Source: the human T2T-CHM13v2.0 reference genome, Homo sapiens
Assembly: GCF_009914755.1 (NCBI RefSeq)
Contig: NC_060939.1
Direction: 5' to 3' (one strand)
DNA length: 64,000 nucleotides
How positions within the stretch are numbered: position 1 is the stretch's first letter; every line of letters begins with the position of its first letter. Position numbers and translations under genes: made by a program. This document shows positions 40,350 to 59,540 of this stretch, one piece after another. The notes under the pieces are model-generated. The model saw only the letters and a program-made list of their open reading frames with translations, was not told the origin of the DNA and did no database searches.

Positions 40350-41825
40350 GTATCAAACCCTGGTTTGGGGTAATAATCACTACCTTCTAGGTAACCAGAA
40401 TGGAAAAAAATAACAGAAAAAAAATCTTAAAAATCATCCTGCGTACAAGAAAAATGAAACTGTATGCTGAATTCTCAGGGGGAGAAAACGTATTTAAAAA
40501 TATATGACTTTCAAACCACAAGAAACTATAGAACATTGCTTTAAACTATTTGTCTATGAACAGTATGTAGAAACACATGGAATTTAGGAAATAGGAGATG
40601 AAGGCTACAATAACAAAAGAGGCTCATATCACAAAATGGGAGATAGCTGAGATGAGGCTTCTATGAAAACTAAAGTGCAAGGGCAGATTTTCCATCCACA
40701 GGGAAATCCGTGGAGAAAGAAACTGACACACTGAAAAGTTCAAGCAGCAATTGAATCAGAGCTCTGGAGGGCAAAAGAAGAGATGAACTAATGACAGAGA
40801 AGAAGGCGGATGGGTATGCCAGAGACCACAGGTTCCACCTCGAGAATAGTTTGTGTACTGGGGAAAGACACAAGGGCAAGGAGATCTGAAACAATAATCA
40901 AAGCTATCACTGAAGTACGAATAATAAAAGCACCAACCAGCTTCTAGGCAGGGAGGGGGAAGAAACAAGGAAGAGTTCTCCATATTTAAATAACAACTAG
41001 CCAAACTCCTGAATTTTACAAATAAAGAAAAAAACTTCCTTAAAAATAAAAAGTCAGGCTTAGATAAGACTTTTTTTCTTCTCTGTTAACATTATTAGAA
41101 GACATAAAGATTTTAAGAGAATAAAAATATGATCAAGAGGATCATAAATATCAGGTTGTCTTTACCTGAGTACGAAGCAATGGCATCTGTATATCCAGCA
41201 CTGATTTGTCCTTCCAATAAAAATTTACTCAAAGACATATGGGTACATATTAGAAAAATAATCAAAATTAATATTTCAAGGATTAGGAAGTTGTGAAGCC
41301 AAAATCCTGCAAGGGGACAATTGATTCAGTTAATGGAAAGATTTATTTTTCATATTTTATGATTATTTACCAAAATAATATTTTTAAAGTATAATTATAA
41401 AATAAAAATAAAATATTTAACAATACTATAATTATAATCATGTTCCAAGTTATAAAACAAGATAGTGAGAATTGTCAGTAAGATAGTAAGAATTCTAATA
41501 CTATCTCAAAATAAAGGATACAGAAGGTTTCAGGGCAAGAGAAAGGGAAAACCTTCTATATCCTTTAGTTTGAGATAGTATTAAAGCTTTCTGTAGGCTC
41601 ACTCAAAATGTCCGGATTCTGACCACATTTGAATATGAGCACTCCCAACCTGACGATTCCTAGTCTAAGCCACACATATTTCCTCTTATGGTTATTGCAA
41701 AAGCTCCCTAACTGGTCTCCCAGCTTCTGCCGTTGATTCCTTTCAGCTATTTTTTACACAAGTGCCAGAGAAATCTCAGAAATGCAATTCAGATGATATC
41801 ACTTCTTTGCTTATATCTTTCAATG

Positions 41826-42617
41826 TTGTTCCCCTCTACGTGTTCATGTATTCTCCCCTTTGACTCTCGCTTCTAAGTGGGAACATTTGGTTTTCTGTTC
41901 CTGCATTAGTTGGCTAAGGATAATGGCTTCCAGCTCCATCCATGTTCCTACAAAGGGCGTGATCTCATCTTTTATGGTGGCATAATATGCCATGGTGTAT
42001 ATATACCACATTTTCTTTATCCAGTCTACCATTGATGGGCATTTATGTTGATTCCATGCCTTTGCTACTGTGAATAGCGCTGCAATAAACATATGCATGC
42101 ATGTGTCTTTATGACAGAACAATTTATATTCCTTTGGGTGTATACCCAGTAATAGGATTGCCGGGTCGAATGGTAGTTCTTTTAGGTGTTTGAGGAATCA
42201 CCACACTGTCTTCCACAATGGCTGAACTAATTTACACTCCCACCAACAGTGTAGAAATGTTGCCTTTTCTCCACAATATTGCCAGCATGTTATTTTTTAG
42301 CTTTTTAATAATAACCATTCTGAATGGTGTGAGATAGTATCTCATTGTACTTCTGATGTGCATTTCTTTAATGATCAGTGATGCTGAGCTTTTTTTCTAC
42401 GTTTGTTGGCTGCACGTATGTCTTATTTTGAAAAGGAGGGTGAAAGCTGGGAGGAGGGAGAGGATCAGGAAAAACAACTAGTGGGTAGCAGGTTTACCAT
42501 GTGGGTAACAGAATAATCCGTACAACAAACCCCCATGACACAACTTTACCTACATAACAAACCTGCACGTGTACCACTGAACTTAAAAGTTAAATTTAAA
42601 AAATAAAAAATAAAAAA
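41826..42617. mobile_element. L1PA (older subfamily) 3' end with 5' inversion
   Basis: Antisense ORF2-end/3' UTR at 41826-42434, sense 3' UTR plus A tail at 42435-42617; TSD atctttcaatg at 41815-41825 and 42618-42628; host appears to be an L2. Confidence 0.88.
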
Positions 42618-42937
42618 ATCTTTCAATGGTCCCATGTCAGTTTGAGGAACAGCCAAAGTCCTTAAAATGACGTACAAGGTGCTCGTTCCATCATCCGTCT
42701 TCTCATGTTTATTTCTCTGCCACCATCTACTAATACTCTTCCCCCTTCTCATTCTACTCCAGCTATAATGGCTTCCTCGATGCTGTTCTAAGAATAAGTC
42801 CACATGATTCCGACTCAGGGCTTTTGCCCAAGCTGTGGTCTCTCTTTGGAATGCTCTTGTTTCAGCAGAGCACGATTCCTCCTCATTTCCTTCAAGTCTG
42901 TCCCCAAATGCCTTCTACCTGGTGTGTAATTGTCATG

Positions 42938-43178
42938 TGTGGCAGTTTTAAACATAGTCCAAAAACAGGTTGATATTCTTCTCATCAAAAAATAGGTCTA
43001 TGTCTCCCTTCCCTAAATCTGGACGTGCTTGTGACTGCTACAATCAATAGAGTATGACAAATAATTCTACCTGACCTTTAAAGTGAGATAAAAAGAGACC
43101 AGGCATTTTCCACCTGGTTCCCTTGGAGTGTTTGATCTGCGGAAAGCCAGCAGCCATATAAGAAGTTTACCCTGTGCA
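42938..43178 (+). mobile_element. MLT1-type LTR 5' part (continues between the Alus to ~44110)
   Basis: tgtggcagttttaaa..ggtctatgtctcccttccctaaatctgga..cttgtgactgct..caatagagtatg motif. Confidence 0.7.
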
Positions 43179-44510
<1,332 letters not shown>

Positions 44511-45558
44511 AAGATTTTTAATATATATATACGAGAATATGTGAAACAGTATTTTTTCAAGTTTCCATTGAAAATTTTAAAAATAGATTATATAAAACCT
44601 CAATATATTTTTTAAAATAAAAACCACACAGGTCACATTACCTACTCAAAATTTAATTACATTAGAAATTAAGACAAAGTTAAAACAGGACAACCAGCAC
44701 CCCTAGTATCACCCTCCTCAGAGTATTTAAAAATAGATTCCTTTAAATTATCTCTTTTTTTACAAGAATAAAATCTAATCAATTATTAGAAAGATAATCT
44801 CAAACTGAACTCAAAAGAAGAAGCAAAGCATCTTCAAAGTCAATAAGGGTGCTATAAATGCTTCTTGGACTCTGAAACTCTCTGACTTCCCATTCTACTC
44901 TCAGTTGTAGAAAACTCCCTGATTGTGAAGTTTTGGTGTGATTAGGTTAGGTTTACCCAGATACTCCCCCCGTCTTAAGGCTGACGGATTATTAGCCTTA
45001 GTGACATGTGCAAGACTCCTTTGCCGTGTGAGGTATCAACAGGGTAACATGAGGAAATGAAGGTCATAGGGGCTATCTTAGACTTCTTCCTGCTACAACC
45101 TCTATTCACTTATTTTGAATCCTCAGGGTTTAATGAGCTCCTACTATGTTCTAGGTCCTTGCAATAGGAGTACAGCAGTGAACAAGACAAACATGGTTCT
45201 GGTCCTTGGAGTACAAAGTAAATGCTGAAAATTTAATAAATGGGTCAGTAGATAGATAGATGTATAAAGGTCTAAATGCACATTCAGAAAATAGCAGGAG
45301 AACACTGAGACTCAGTATTATTGAATATGCTTTAAAGGCCCATGTGTCGTCTTGAATGAAAATGTTGCTCAATTTCTGATGAGGAGACTAATTCATCAAT
45401 ATCTGTTATCATTGACTGATGACCTCACATAATAAAAGATCTTGACTTGAGTGTACGTTAATAATCAACATAATGGGTAATGTATCAAAAGAGTATATGG
45501 AACATAATAAAAAGATATAAATTGAAATCTTAAACAGTTTTGTGCTAAAATATGTTTA

Positions 45559-45690
45559 GAATTGCTTGAACCCAGGAGGCGGAGGTTGCAGTGAGCTGAG
45601 ATTATGCCACTACACTCCAGCCTGGGCAACAAGATCCAACCTCCGTCTCAAACAAACAAACAAACAAACAAACAGAAACAACCCAAACAA
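45559..45690 (+). mobile_element. Alu 3' fragment with (AAAC)n tail
   Basis: gaattgcttgaacccaggaggcggagg...ccgtctcaaac. Confidence 0.85.
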
Positions 45691-46723
45691 ACACAAAAAG
45701 TTACTATAATTGTATCTCTTTTGACTATAGCCTGGAAGAAATCACTTTCTCCCCAACTTAAGGAAGGGGAGACTTATCTCTAGCCAAGCTTTGAGTATAA
45801 ACATATAAAAAGTAATTTTCATTTTCTTGAAACTGACTGCATGAAAAGGCATATGGTGTTCCCAAAAAATGTCTGATGAGTGAGAATATTAAAATGACTA
45901 AACTGATGGGACATATTTAATTTAATATTTAAACTTGATAAAAACTAGTTAAGCATTTAACTCAAGAATTTCAAAATGGTACAGCAAAGCATACAAGCAA
46001 AATTAAAAGGAATGCTAATTACATATTAAGTTAGAAGGCAATAAATTATAAACAAAAACAGTAACAATTTATAAACATACACAAGTTCATTCTTTAACAA
46101 ATAACCCATGATACAGAAAAATATAGCAAATGTGATAAAACAAAAACTGAGAAAACATAAAATTTAAAGTGAAAAAAAAACAAAACATGCAGAAATTGTT
46201 TTAAAGACAAAAAATACTATCTTAGAAAATTAAATACGTGTTTCACTAAAATAAACATGTACTGCTTAAATGAATCTTAATTTAATTTTAAAAATAGTAA
46301 ATAGGTTGCAGGCATCAATTTTTGCAAGAAATGTAAAACATTATTTTAAAAATTTTTATTAAAGTCCCTATAACCAGTGTTTTTAATAAGCATCTGTTTA
46401 AAACATCTTGTAAAATGGACCCCAAACTAGGAAATATGGATAAAGTTATAAAAAGTGGCTTCCTTTCAGTTCATTTTACAAAGCAAATATAACTATTACT
46501 AACTCTTGATGAAGTGAATACAAAAAGAATAAAATTACTAAACAGTATCCCTTATAAACATAGTTAAAATATTCTTAACTGAAAGAAAAAGGAACTGAAT
46601 TCTACACTTACTAAGAAATCACCCACCCCAGTGATTTGGCATACAAAGATTTAATACTAGAAAATATATATTAATATAATGCAACACAACAATAAAGCTA
46701 TTTACTTTATATTGTACATTTAC

Positions 46724-47072
46724 TGCTACAGACTAAATGTTTACATCCCTCTCAAATTCATATGTTGAAATGCTAACCGCCAATGTGAGGGTTTTTGAAG
46801 GTGGGGCTTTTGGGAACTAATTAAGTCATGAGAGAGCAGCCCTCATTAATGGGTTTAGCACCCTTCTAAAGCAGCCCCCTGAACTCCCTTGCTCCTTCCC
46901 CACTGAGGTTATAGAGAAAGGGCAGCCTTCTTTGAACTAGAACAAAAGTTTTTCCCAGACACCAGATTGGCTAGTACCTTGGTCTTAGATTTCCCAGACC
47001 CCAGAACTGTGAGAAATTCCTTTCTGTTGTTTATAAGCCACCAAGTCTATGGTATTCTGGTACAGCAGCCCA
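46724..47072 (+). mobile_element. MLT1A-type LTR
   Basis: tgctacagactaaatgttt..aaattcatatgttgaaa..cagaactgtgagaaa..ttctgttgtttataagccacc..agtctatggtatt. Confidence 0.8.
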
Positions 47073-47979
47073 TTTTTGATATTTATTTAATGATATTTAA
47101 CATGCATGACTGATGAAATTTAACAAAGTAGTTATAGATATGTCCTTACCATGATTAAAAATAACTCTTAAATTGATGCATACTTTTATTATCTAGTTCT
47201 AGCCAAAGCCATAAGATGAAAACACAAATAAGAAACCACCTATATGGCACATGTATACCTATATAACAAACCTGCATGTTCCGTGCATGTATCCCAGAAC
47301 TGAAAATCATATTTTAAAAAAATTTATTTATATAGAAAAAAAGAGAGCAAATGATAATATTTTTCAAAAACTGATAATTTAATTACGGTAAGTTCTGTGT
47401 GATATGTGCCTGATGTGTGTGATATGTGTCTGATGTGATATGTGTGAGATGAAAAACACTAAGGGGGTATGTGATTTTGAGCATTCACGTGCCCATAAAT
47501 CCTTGTTAGAATTAAAATATCACATTAAACCTCTCTCTTTCTTTTAATGTCCATGGTTTCTTTATATGTTTTAGTAAGTGACACAGAGGAAAATACTGAG
47601 CGGACACCGTTTCTAAATTGGTAAACTGCCCTGAACTGCCACTTTACTCTTTTCTACAGCAAGTGTGGAAGATTAGAGTTCAGGCAAACATGTCATGTAA
47701 GTGGTGAAGATTCCCTTTTTCCACTGGGACAGCAGTAGAACTGAAGGGAAATCAGACAACAGCTACCTCAGCAGGAGAGCCTCAATGATGACACTTTTGC
47801 CTCAACAGTGGAAGCTGGTAGTTTCCAAAAATAGAGCTAAAAAGTGAATCAAGTTTTAAAGCACATTGAAAGTCACACGTAAAATTCATTATTACAGAAA
47901 AGCTATCAACCAATCACAGTAAATGAGTGAATTTAGAAATTAAATTTTAATATGAAAGGTTCATGTTGTCAAAACTGAC

Positions 47980-48386
47980 TATGTTAGTCCATCTCAATGC
48001 TATAAAGGAATACCTGAGACTGGGTAATTTATAAAGAAAAGAGGAGTATTTGGGCTGATGGTCTGCAGGCTGTACAAACAGGCCACCAGTATCTGCTCAG
48101 CTTCTGCTGAGGCCCGGGAAGCTGACAATCATGGCTTAAGGCAAAGGGGGAGCTGGCATATTACATGGGGAGAGAGGGAGCAAGGGAGATGCCAGGCTCT
48201 TTTAAACAACAAGATCTCTCGTGAATTCATAGAGCAAGAACTCACTCATTACCAGGAGGACAGCACAAAACCATTCATGGGGATCCACCCTTGGGAAACA
48301 AACACCTATTACTAGGCCCACCTCCAACACTGGAGGTCGCATTTCAACATGAGATTTGGAGGGGACAAAACATCCAAACCGTATCA
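47980..48386 (-). mobile_element. MST-type (MaLR) solo LTR
   Basis: gctataaaggaatacctgagactgggtaatttataaagaaaagagg...atttcaacatgagatttggaggggacaaaacatccaaaccgtatca. Confidence 0.85.
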
Positions 48387-48879
48387 CTAACGGAAAGTTA
48401 TTGTTTAAATTTCTGTATTCAGTCCCTTGGCCTTTTTGAGAAATGCCATTCATTTCAGCCATCAAGCAAATTATTATTTGAGACATTTATACCTCTTCAT
48501 CCTTTAAAAGTTTCAGAAGCATGAATTTAAAAAGTATTCATTGTAAATTTGAGGCTAGTCAAATTGATGTGGCATCTAAGTAGCACGGTGATGGGATGAG
48601 GAGACAAAGTCACGAGGGGAGGTAGGAAGAAGCAGAGAGAAAAAGAGAAATAGGAAGAGAGAAAAAGAAATGAGGAGAGAGTATAAGAAAAATAAAGAAG
48701 AAAGAGGAAAAGAAAAATGGTTTAAATGAGAGGCAAATGTCATCTGATGTTTTACCATGGGGCCATAGGGTATTTGAAGTTTCAGAAAATTCATAAGTTA
48801 TTAAAAAATGTGACTCTAGGGTAGTGAGGTTATAACTTGTAAGAAAACAAGAAGTGATTCCTTTTAAGAGAACCTTCTT

Positions 48880-49200
<321 letters not shown>

Positions 49201-49325
49201 GAGGAACTTCTTAAAGATGCGGTTGTCTTTCTTATGCTTCCTTTAGCTCTTTTTTACCTCTCCACTGATACAGATTTTTATACCAAATAGCTGGCATTAG
49301 CTAAACCAATGTCTAGGAGAACTGA

Positions 49326-49750
<425 letters not shown>

Positions 49751-51112
49751 GAAAAAACTTTTTAAAATTTGTTTGGGGATCTCCCATATTTGCCAAAGTA
49801 ATCCCACAAAAACAATTAACATTTGACTTTGAAAATTAAGACAAAAAATACAATGATGAATATTTTCTTGTAAAAGCAAAGACAGTAAAAATATTCAGAT
49901 TTAAAATAAGCCTGAGAAAAAGCATGATTTCCTTGAGCTTACCTAAGTAAACTTATTTACAAGTGACTGTATCAATAATTAGCAAAAGTAAAAGTCATTA
50001 TGAAATCCTCCAAATCTTTCAAAGTACTATCTTACATTCAAGCATTGAGTTTGCCCATAAAATTATTTAAGCTCAACCTTTTCCTCAATCTCCAAAACTC
50101 TGGCGTGTAACTACACAAACACTTCAATAGGGGACAGAATCTCCTTTTATCATTCATTCTACCAAACATCAACTTCATAAGAATTAGAATCAAGTGTAAT
50201 AAGAATGAACTATATAGAATCATTGATATAAATTTATAGGTGTTCAGACATAACCTTTAGACATATTTGTCAGTGTACATGTAAACAATACTCAATAACT
50301 TCTTTAATAGAGTTCTCCAGAGAAACAGAACCAATTGGATGTGGGTATATAACTCAGTTATATATTTCATCAGCTTCCTTTTTATGTAATAGAAACTAAC
50401 TACAGCTAATGATGAATTTTTTTCATTCATTCATCATTAAAAGGGGAGAGAGAAATCCAGGCTGGGTTTGTGCCATTTTTATTCCCTCACAGTTCTCTTC
50501 TTGCTGCATGATTCTTCCTTTCAGATATTAACCAGAAGGAATGGTTAGCCTGACTATAGCTCTAGAGGAGCAACACAGGCTCTGGATAATGAGGATGCAC
50601 AGGCTTTAATCAGTCCTAGCAGGAGGTCTTGGCTTAGACAACTATGTAGAGTTGATGGTATCCCTATAGGAAAAAAATATATATATATATGTTTTTGTGG
50701 TAGCAGGACAGAGTCAGTTTCAGACATTTGTTCAACAACTGTTGGTGTTCAACATATATTAGTATTTTGCACTAGGTACTATGTGCTAAAAGTATAGTAA
50801 GGAATAAAAATAGGGAAATAAACAAAAACAAAATAAAGAAACAGAGAAAATTCCTATTACCCTTTAGGAAAAACAACATAAAATAAAGTAACAGAATCTA
50901 GAAACAGAGAATAACAAGATAGAAGCCTACTATATACCACCATTATCAACCTGTCAAAATAAACATTGTCAGTAATGAGACAAACTGGAATCATGTACCA
51001 CCTGATAGGATGCAATGAAAAAAACGCAGCATCAATTCTGTGATATTCTTGCCAAAATGCATTGCCTGACTCTAGTCACAAGGAAACCTCAGAAAACCTA
51101 AAGGGAGCCATT

Positions 51113-51277
51113 CAAAAAAGAAGGAAGGGAAAAGGAAAAAGTAAGGGAAAGAGGAGAGGAGAAGGAAGGGGAGGGGGAAGGGAAGGGGAGAGGGAAGAGA
51201 AAAAGGAAGGGGAAAGCGAAGGAGAAAGGAAAGGAGAAAAGGAAGGAGAAGCAAAGCAAAGGAAAAAAAGAAGAAAA
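51113..51277 (+). repeat. GA-rich polypurine low-complexity tract
   Basis: ~165 bp almost entirely A/G. Confidence 0.9.
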
Positions 51278-51381
51278 TATGGGCCAGAAATCTTGGTTAA
51301 GTTAGGTCTAAAGATCTATTCTTGATACAAGGACATTAAAAAGACATGACAATGAAAGGCAATGCATGATTCTGAACTTGA

Positions 51382-51731
<350 letters not shown>

Positions 51732-51936
51732 GACTATTGGTGAAATTTTAATGCGGACTTGATAATTAGATGTAGCAATATATTAATATTAATTTTCTGG
51801 TTTTGTTCGTTGTACTGTGCATGTATTGCATTTGGGGGGGCACATATATTACTGTAACAGATTTGTAATATATACAATTATATATATGTATATACATATA
51901 TAGACACAATTGTGTTTGTAGAAAATATATATGAAA

Positions 51937-52165
51937 GCAAGGTTTTTCAACTTTGGCACTATCGCTTCTGACATTTGGGCCACATAATTCTTTGTTGGGG
52001 GCATTTCCTGTGAATTGCAGGATGTTTAGCGACTTGGTTTGCCTTTAATAACTAAATGACAGTAGCATCCTCCTCACACCTTTCCCCAGGCTAACAACTA
52101 AAAATATCTTGAGATATTATCAGATGTTTCCTGGAGGGCAAAACTCCCCCTGGTTGAGAATCAGT
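51937..52165. mobile_element. MER20-like hAT DNA transposon
   Basis: ggtttttcaactttggcactat..gacatttgggcc..ataattctttgttgggggc..caggatgtttagc..ccccctggttgagaa. Confidence 0.8.
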
Positions 52166-52199
52166 CTACTAAAGTATTTGGAGATGACAGAGCATCAGG

Positions 52200-55490
<3,291 letters not shown>

Positions 55491-55755
55491 TCTGTATCTA
55501 TATGTATCCAGATAGTCTAGGTTTTCTAATTTCTGGCCTATGGTTGCTCATAGTAGCCTCTAATGATCCTTACAATTTCAACAAAGAAATTCAGAAGAAA
55601 TTGAAAAGTTTATTGAAGCAGATAAAAACGGCAACACAACATACCAAAACCTATGGGATACAGCAAAAAGCAGTAGTAAGAGGGAAATTTATACCTATAA
55701 TTTCCAAGATCAAAAAAGTGAAAAACCTCAAATAAATAACCTGATGATACATCTT

Positions 55756-58700
55756 TTTTTAAGGTCACTATAAATTTTAATCTATGATATAAAATATTAC
55801 CTACAGATATAATTGAACATCAGGTATCAGAAAATAAAACATAACAATGAAATGCAATTTTGTAAATACTTCTATGGTACAAGCATTATTTTCCTCAGAT
55901 TCAACCTTTTAATTGTGTTTTGTTTGCTTTCTGAAAATCACACTTTATAAAGAACACAAGTAGAGCTTGTTAAAATGATTGTCACAGATGTACTGTTTAC
56001 TAATTCAAAAAATACTACATTCATTCGCTCATATCAATTTTATTCATTAATTATGAAGAAGAAAATATAATATTCCATGCTTGTCATGAAATAGCGGTTT
56101 CTTCTTCCAGTCTAATCAGGGAACTAATAAATGCTTAGTTCATGGCAAAACTTCCATTTGATTTACATTGACTTAATTACCTCTTAGGGTCTAGCCTCAT
56201 CAATGGAGAAAAAGCACTTTTTCTTGAGGCAACAGCACATTAACAGCACTGAATACAAAATATGGCAAATTCAATGGCTGTCAGCATTGCTTTAGGAATT
56301 TTGAGACTATAAAAAAACTATAACCATGAATAAAAGAAAAGGGCTTATTAATATCTTCTTTTTGGGAGAGTGATACATTCTGAAGGTTTCTTGTTATTCT
56401 GTTGAATAGCAAGGACTTCCAAACTTAAGTGTCTTAAGGCTGAAAATTAGTTACATTCCTCAGATTTTAGCCTTATTAATGAAATTCCAAAAGTATTATA
56501 AGATTTAGTATGTCTTGAAATTATAAATTTGTAACAGATATTTTTCAAAATACATGCCTTCAAACAACTTAAATGCAAAAATCATTCGTTCTTAATAATA
56601 CCTAGCAGTTCATCCCTTGCTTCCCAGAAGTACTCATACAAACATGTGAATTTAAAAAATAGATTTTTCTGTTCAAAAAATAAAGCTTCTGCCCTTTTAA
56701 AAACTTGTCAGGCTTTCATTTGCCAAAATGTTGAAAACTGCACATATTCAAACATAGTTCCCGTAGGAACACATATTCCTCAACTCTCACACCTTTGAAG
56801 ACACAGGAGACGGGCAATATAAATGTTCCCTTCTTTCCAGCTGATGTTAAATAGTTAGGTTTGCTTCATGAGATTATCGGAATAAAGGGTTAGATTTTCA
56901 TTTTCCATTACTCTATCTAGTAAAATTAGACTTAAAGTAGGTAGAATACTACCAGAGGAATTACACAGTGATTGGCAAACTGGCCTAAAATAATCAGGCT
57001 TTTTATTTATACTTCCCTTTTTAAAGTTGTCATTTGACAACAGCTTCCATCTTTAACAGCAGGCAAAAGAAAATGAGGTGCCATGCTATATTAATTAAAA
57101 TATTCCACAATGAAAGAAAATACAAAACCTGAAAATAACTTCAGTGCTACAGACATTTAAAAAGTTACAATGGTTAAAACTCTGAATAAAAAGATCTTGA
57201 GAACAGGTACATTTCAAAGCAATATTTTACACGCTTTGGAAAAAATAGCTATTTTTCAAATAACTTGATATATGGTTTACATATTTCATGCAGTCTCTGA
57301 GGTTTTTTTTTTCTACAGTACTGTTTTGCATTAAAGTCTCTCATGTTGTTTACCAGTAATTGTTTCCTTAGGCTGAAATAAAACTTTGCTTGTTCATTAG
57401 TTTTCTGTATATCCCATTTGGTTTTGAAAGCAGCTCTTCATGTTTTCCATATTCAGTAATTTTTCCTTGGTCAAGAACAGCAACCATATTAGCATTCTTA
57501 ATGGTGGAGAGATGATGGGCAATAACTAACGCTGTTCTTCCATCCGTCAGTGGATCTAGAGCTTCTTGAACAAGGTACTCATTTTCAGCATCCAGCGCAC
57601 TGGTTGCTTCATCTAGGAGAAGAATTTTGGGATTCTTCAGCAGAGCACGGGCAATTGCAATCCGCTGTTTCTGCCCACCTGAGAGGAGAACACCCTTTTC
57701 TCCAACCACAGTGTTGAACGCTTGGGGGAAATTCCGGATCAAGACCACTGCATTGGCCACTTCAGCCACTCTCTGGACTTGCTCAGCGGTCACAGAGGAA
57801 GGCCATCAGCACCATAAGCAATGTTCTCAGTGATAGAGCAAGAAAACAAAATGGGTTCCTGTCTCACTGTCCCAATCTTGGATCTCAGCCACACTGGGTT
57901 TAGCTGACGGATGTCATGGCCATCAAGACTGATGGTTCCAGAAGCAGGGTCGAACAACCTCAGCAGGAGCGAAAGCACTGTTGATTTGCCAGAACCACCT
58001 GGGCCAACCAGTGCCGTGACAGATCCTGACGGAATGGAAAGGCTGAAATCCTGAAATATGGGCGCCTCCGGGCAAGCGGGATCGGCAAAATGCACGTTCT
58101 TAAACTCCAAAGCACCCTGGAAGCTTTTCTCATTTAAGATAACCCTTCCCCCTCCTTAAAAGGCAGATTGGGCTCTCTCTCCAGGAGCTCCCAGAGGCGC
58201 CCCCCGGCACCCAGTCCTTTCATCAGCTCCGAGTAGAAAGAGCTCAGACCTCCAATGCTTATTCCAACCCCGAAAGCATACATAGGAAGGAAGAGAGTTC
58301 ACCCATGGTCATGTGGGCACTGCCCATCAGCAGCCCCCCTTTGTACAGGACAGAAAGCACAATCAGGTTTCCGGACAGCCTAGTTCTCCAAAGAAGCCAG
58401 CCCGAGCGAATGCCTCTTTCCTTGCTGACTACATCACATGGTCCACTTTGCTGGCCTATTTTTCTATTTCAGTCATTTCTTTCCCAAAAGCTCGAACAGT
58501 TCTTAACATTTCCAATACGTTCCTCCTGAGTGGCTTGTGCCAGCGAATCCTGGGTGACTTTGGTCAGTTTCCGTAGATATCGTCCATAAATTACATCAAT
58601 GATTGACACTAGACGCACCACACTCACAACAAAGGTGGCCCGATTAGGTGAGACACAAAACATCATCCTGATGCCTACAGAAGCCCGGGCCCCGGCCCTG

Positions 58701-59540
58701 AGCCCATCTGAGAGGTTTTCAGTCACTGAGCGCCCCAGGAGTGCAGTGTCCGATGAGAGGCGGTTAATCAATTCCCCTGTGCCAGCCTTGTCAAAGAAAG
58801 CAACCTCCTGCCCCAGAATGGAGGAGAATAACGAAGTTCTCAGCCTCTTCACAACGCGCTGACGTGAAGTTTGCATGAGGTAGACACGAATGGCATTGGC
58901 GGCAGCACCACATAGAAACACGCCACTGAGGCCAAGGCAGAGGCGGGTCAGGTTGTCGCTGTAGTCCACAGTGGGGTTGGTATAGATGGCATCGATGATC
59001 TTCCCCAGAAAGAAAGGGGCAGACATGGAGATAACACCGGACATCGGAGAAATCCAACCGCAGCTGCCAGCCTCTGGCGCTCAGGGTACTCCAGCCCCAG
59101 GAGCTTCCCGGCCTCCGAGAGTCCGGGCGCCATGGGTCGTAGCCGCTGGTCGTCCCGGGAAGGCGCCGCCCGCCCGCGCCGCCAGGCCTCCTCCCCTGCC
59201 GAGGCAGTGGCGGTGGGACCGCCCGGGAACCCGGCGCGCGGGAGCCGAGGAGCGCCCGGCCGGCAAGAGCCCCGCACCTGCAGCTGCCGGGCCCAAGCCC
59301 ACAGCCCCGGGAGCCGTCCGAGGCCCGCGTGGCCCCCCGAGCCGCCCAGACCCCCGCCCCGGCAGCAGCTCCTCCAGCGGCGCGCGGCTCCAACGCCCCA
59401 GAGCAGCTCCGGCCCCGCGCCCCATAGCCGCGCCAGCCTCGGGGCAGTGAAGGGCGATATGGACTGGGGGCGCGGCTGGCCGGGGCCCACACACAGGCTA
59501 CCGGCGGGAGCCGCCCTGGCTCTGCGGGGCCCGTGGCGCC
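55756..59540 (-). pseudogene. ABCB10: Processed ABCB10 pseudogene (mitochondrial ABC transporter retrocopy), slightly 5'-truncated; paralog number not determinable
   Basis: Intronless, frameshifted ABCB10 pieces: [13 protein letters not shown] (N-terminus), [41 protein letters not shown] (TMD), GPGGSGKST (Walker A), [41 protein letters not shown] (stop 57368-57370). ~1.6-kb 3' UTR, ATTAAA at 55776-55781, short poly(A), TSD gatacatctt at 55746-55755 and 59541-59550. Confidence 0.97.
59030..59540. promoter_or_regulatory. CpG island carried by the ABCB10 retrocopy 5' end
   Basis: ~500 bp very GC-rich with abundant retained CpGs inside an AT-rich L1. Activity not shown. Confidence 0.6.

Noticed and set aside
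51062-51325. Lys/Glu/Gly-rich 87-aa ORF
   Set aside because: Translation of a GA-rich low-complexity tract.
57368-58110. ABC ATPase ORFs (141 aa and 106 aa) as a functional mini-protein or bacterial transporter
   Set aside because: Frameshift-separated pieces of the ABCB10 retrocopy; Walker A and the signature/Walker B motifs are in different frames and the starts are non-ATG.
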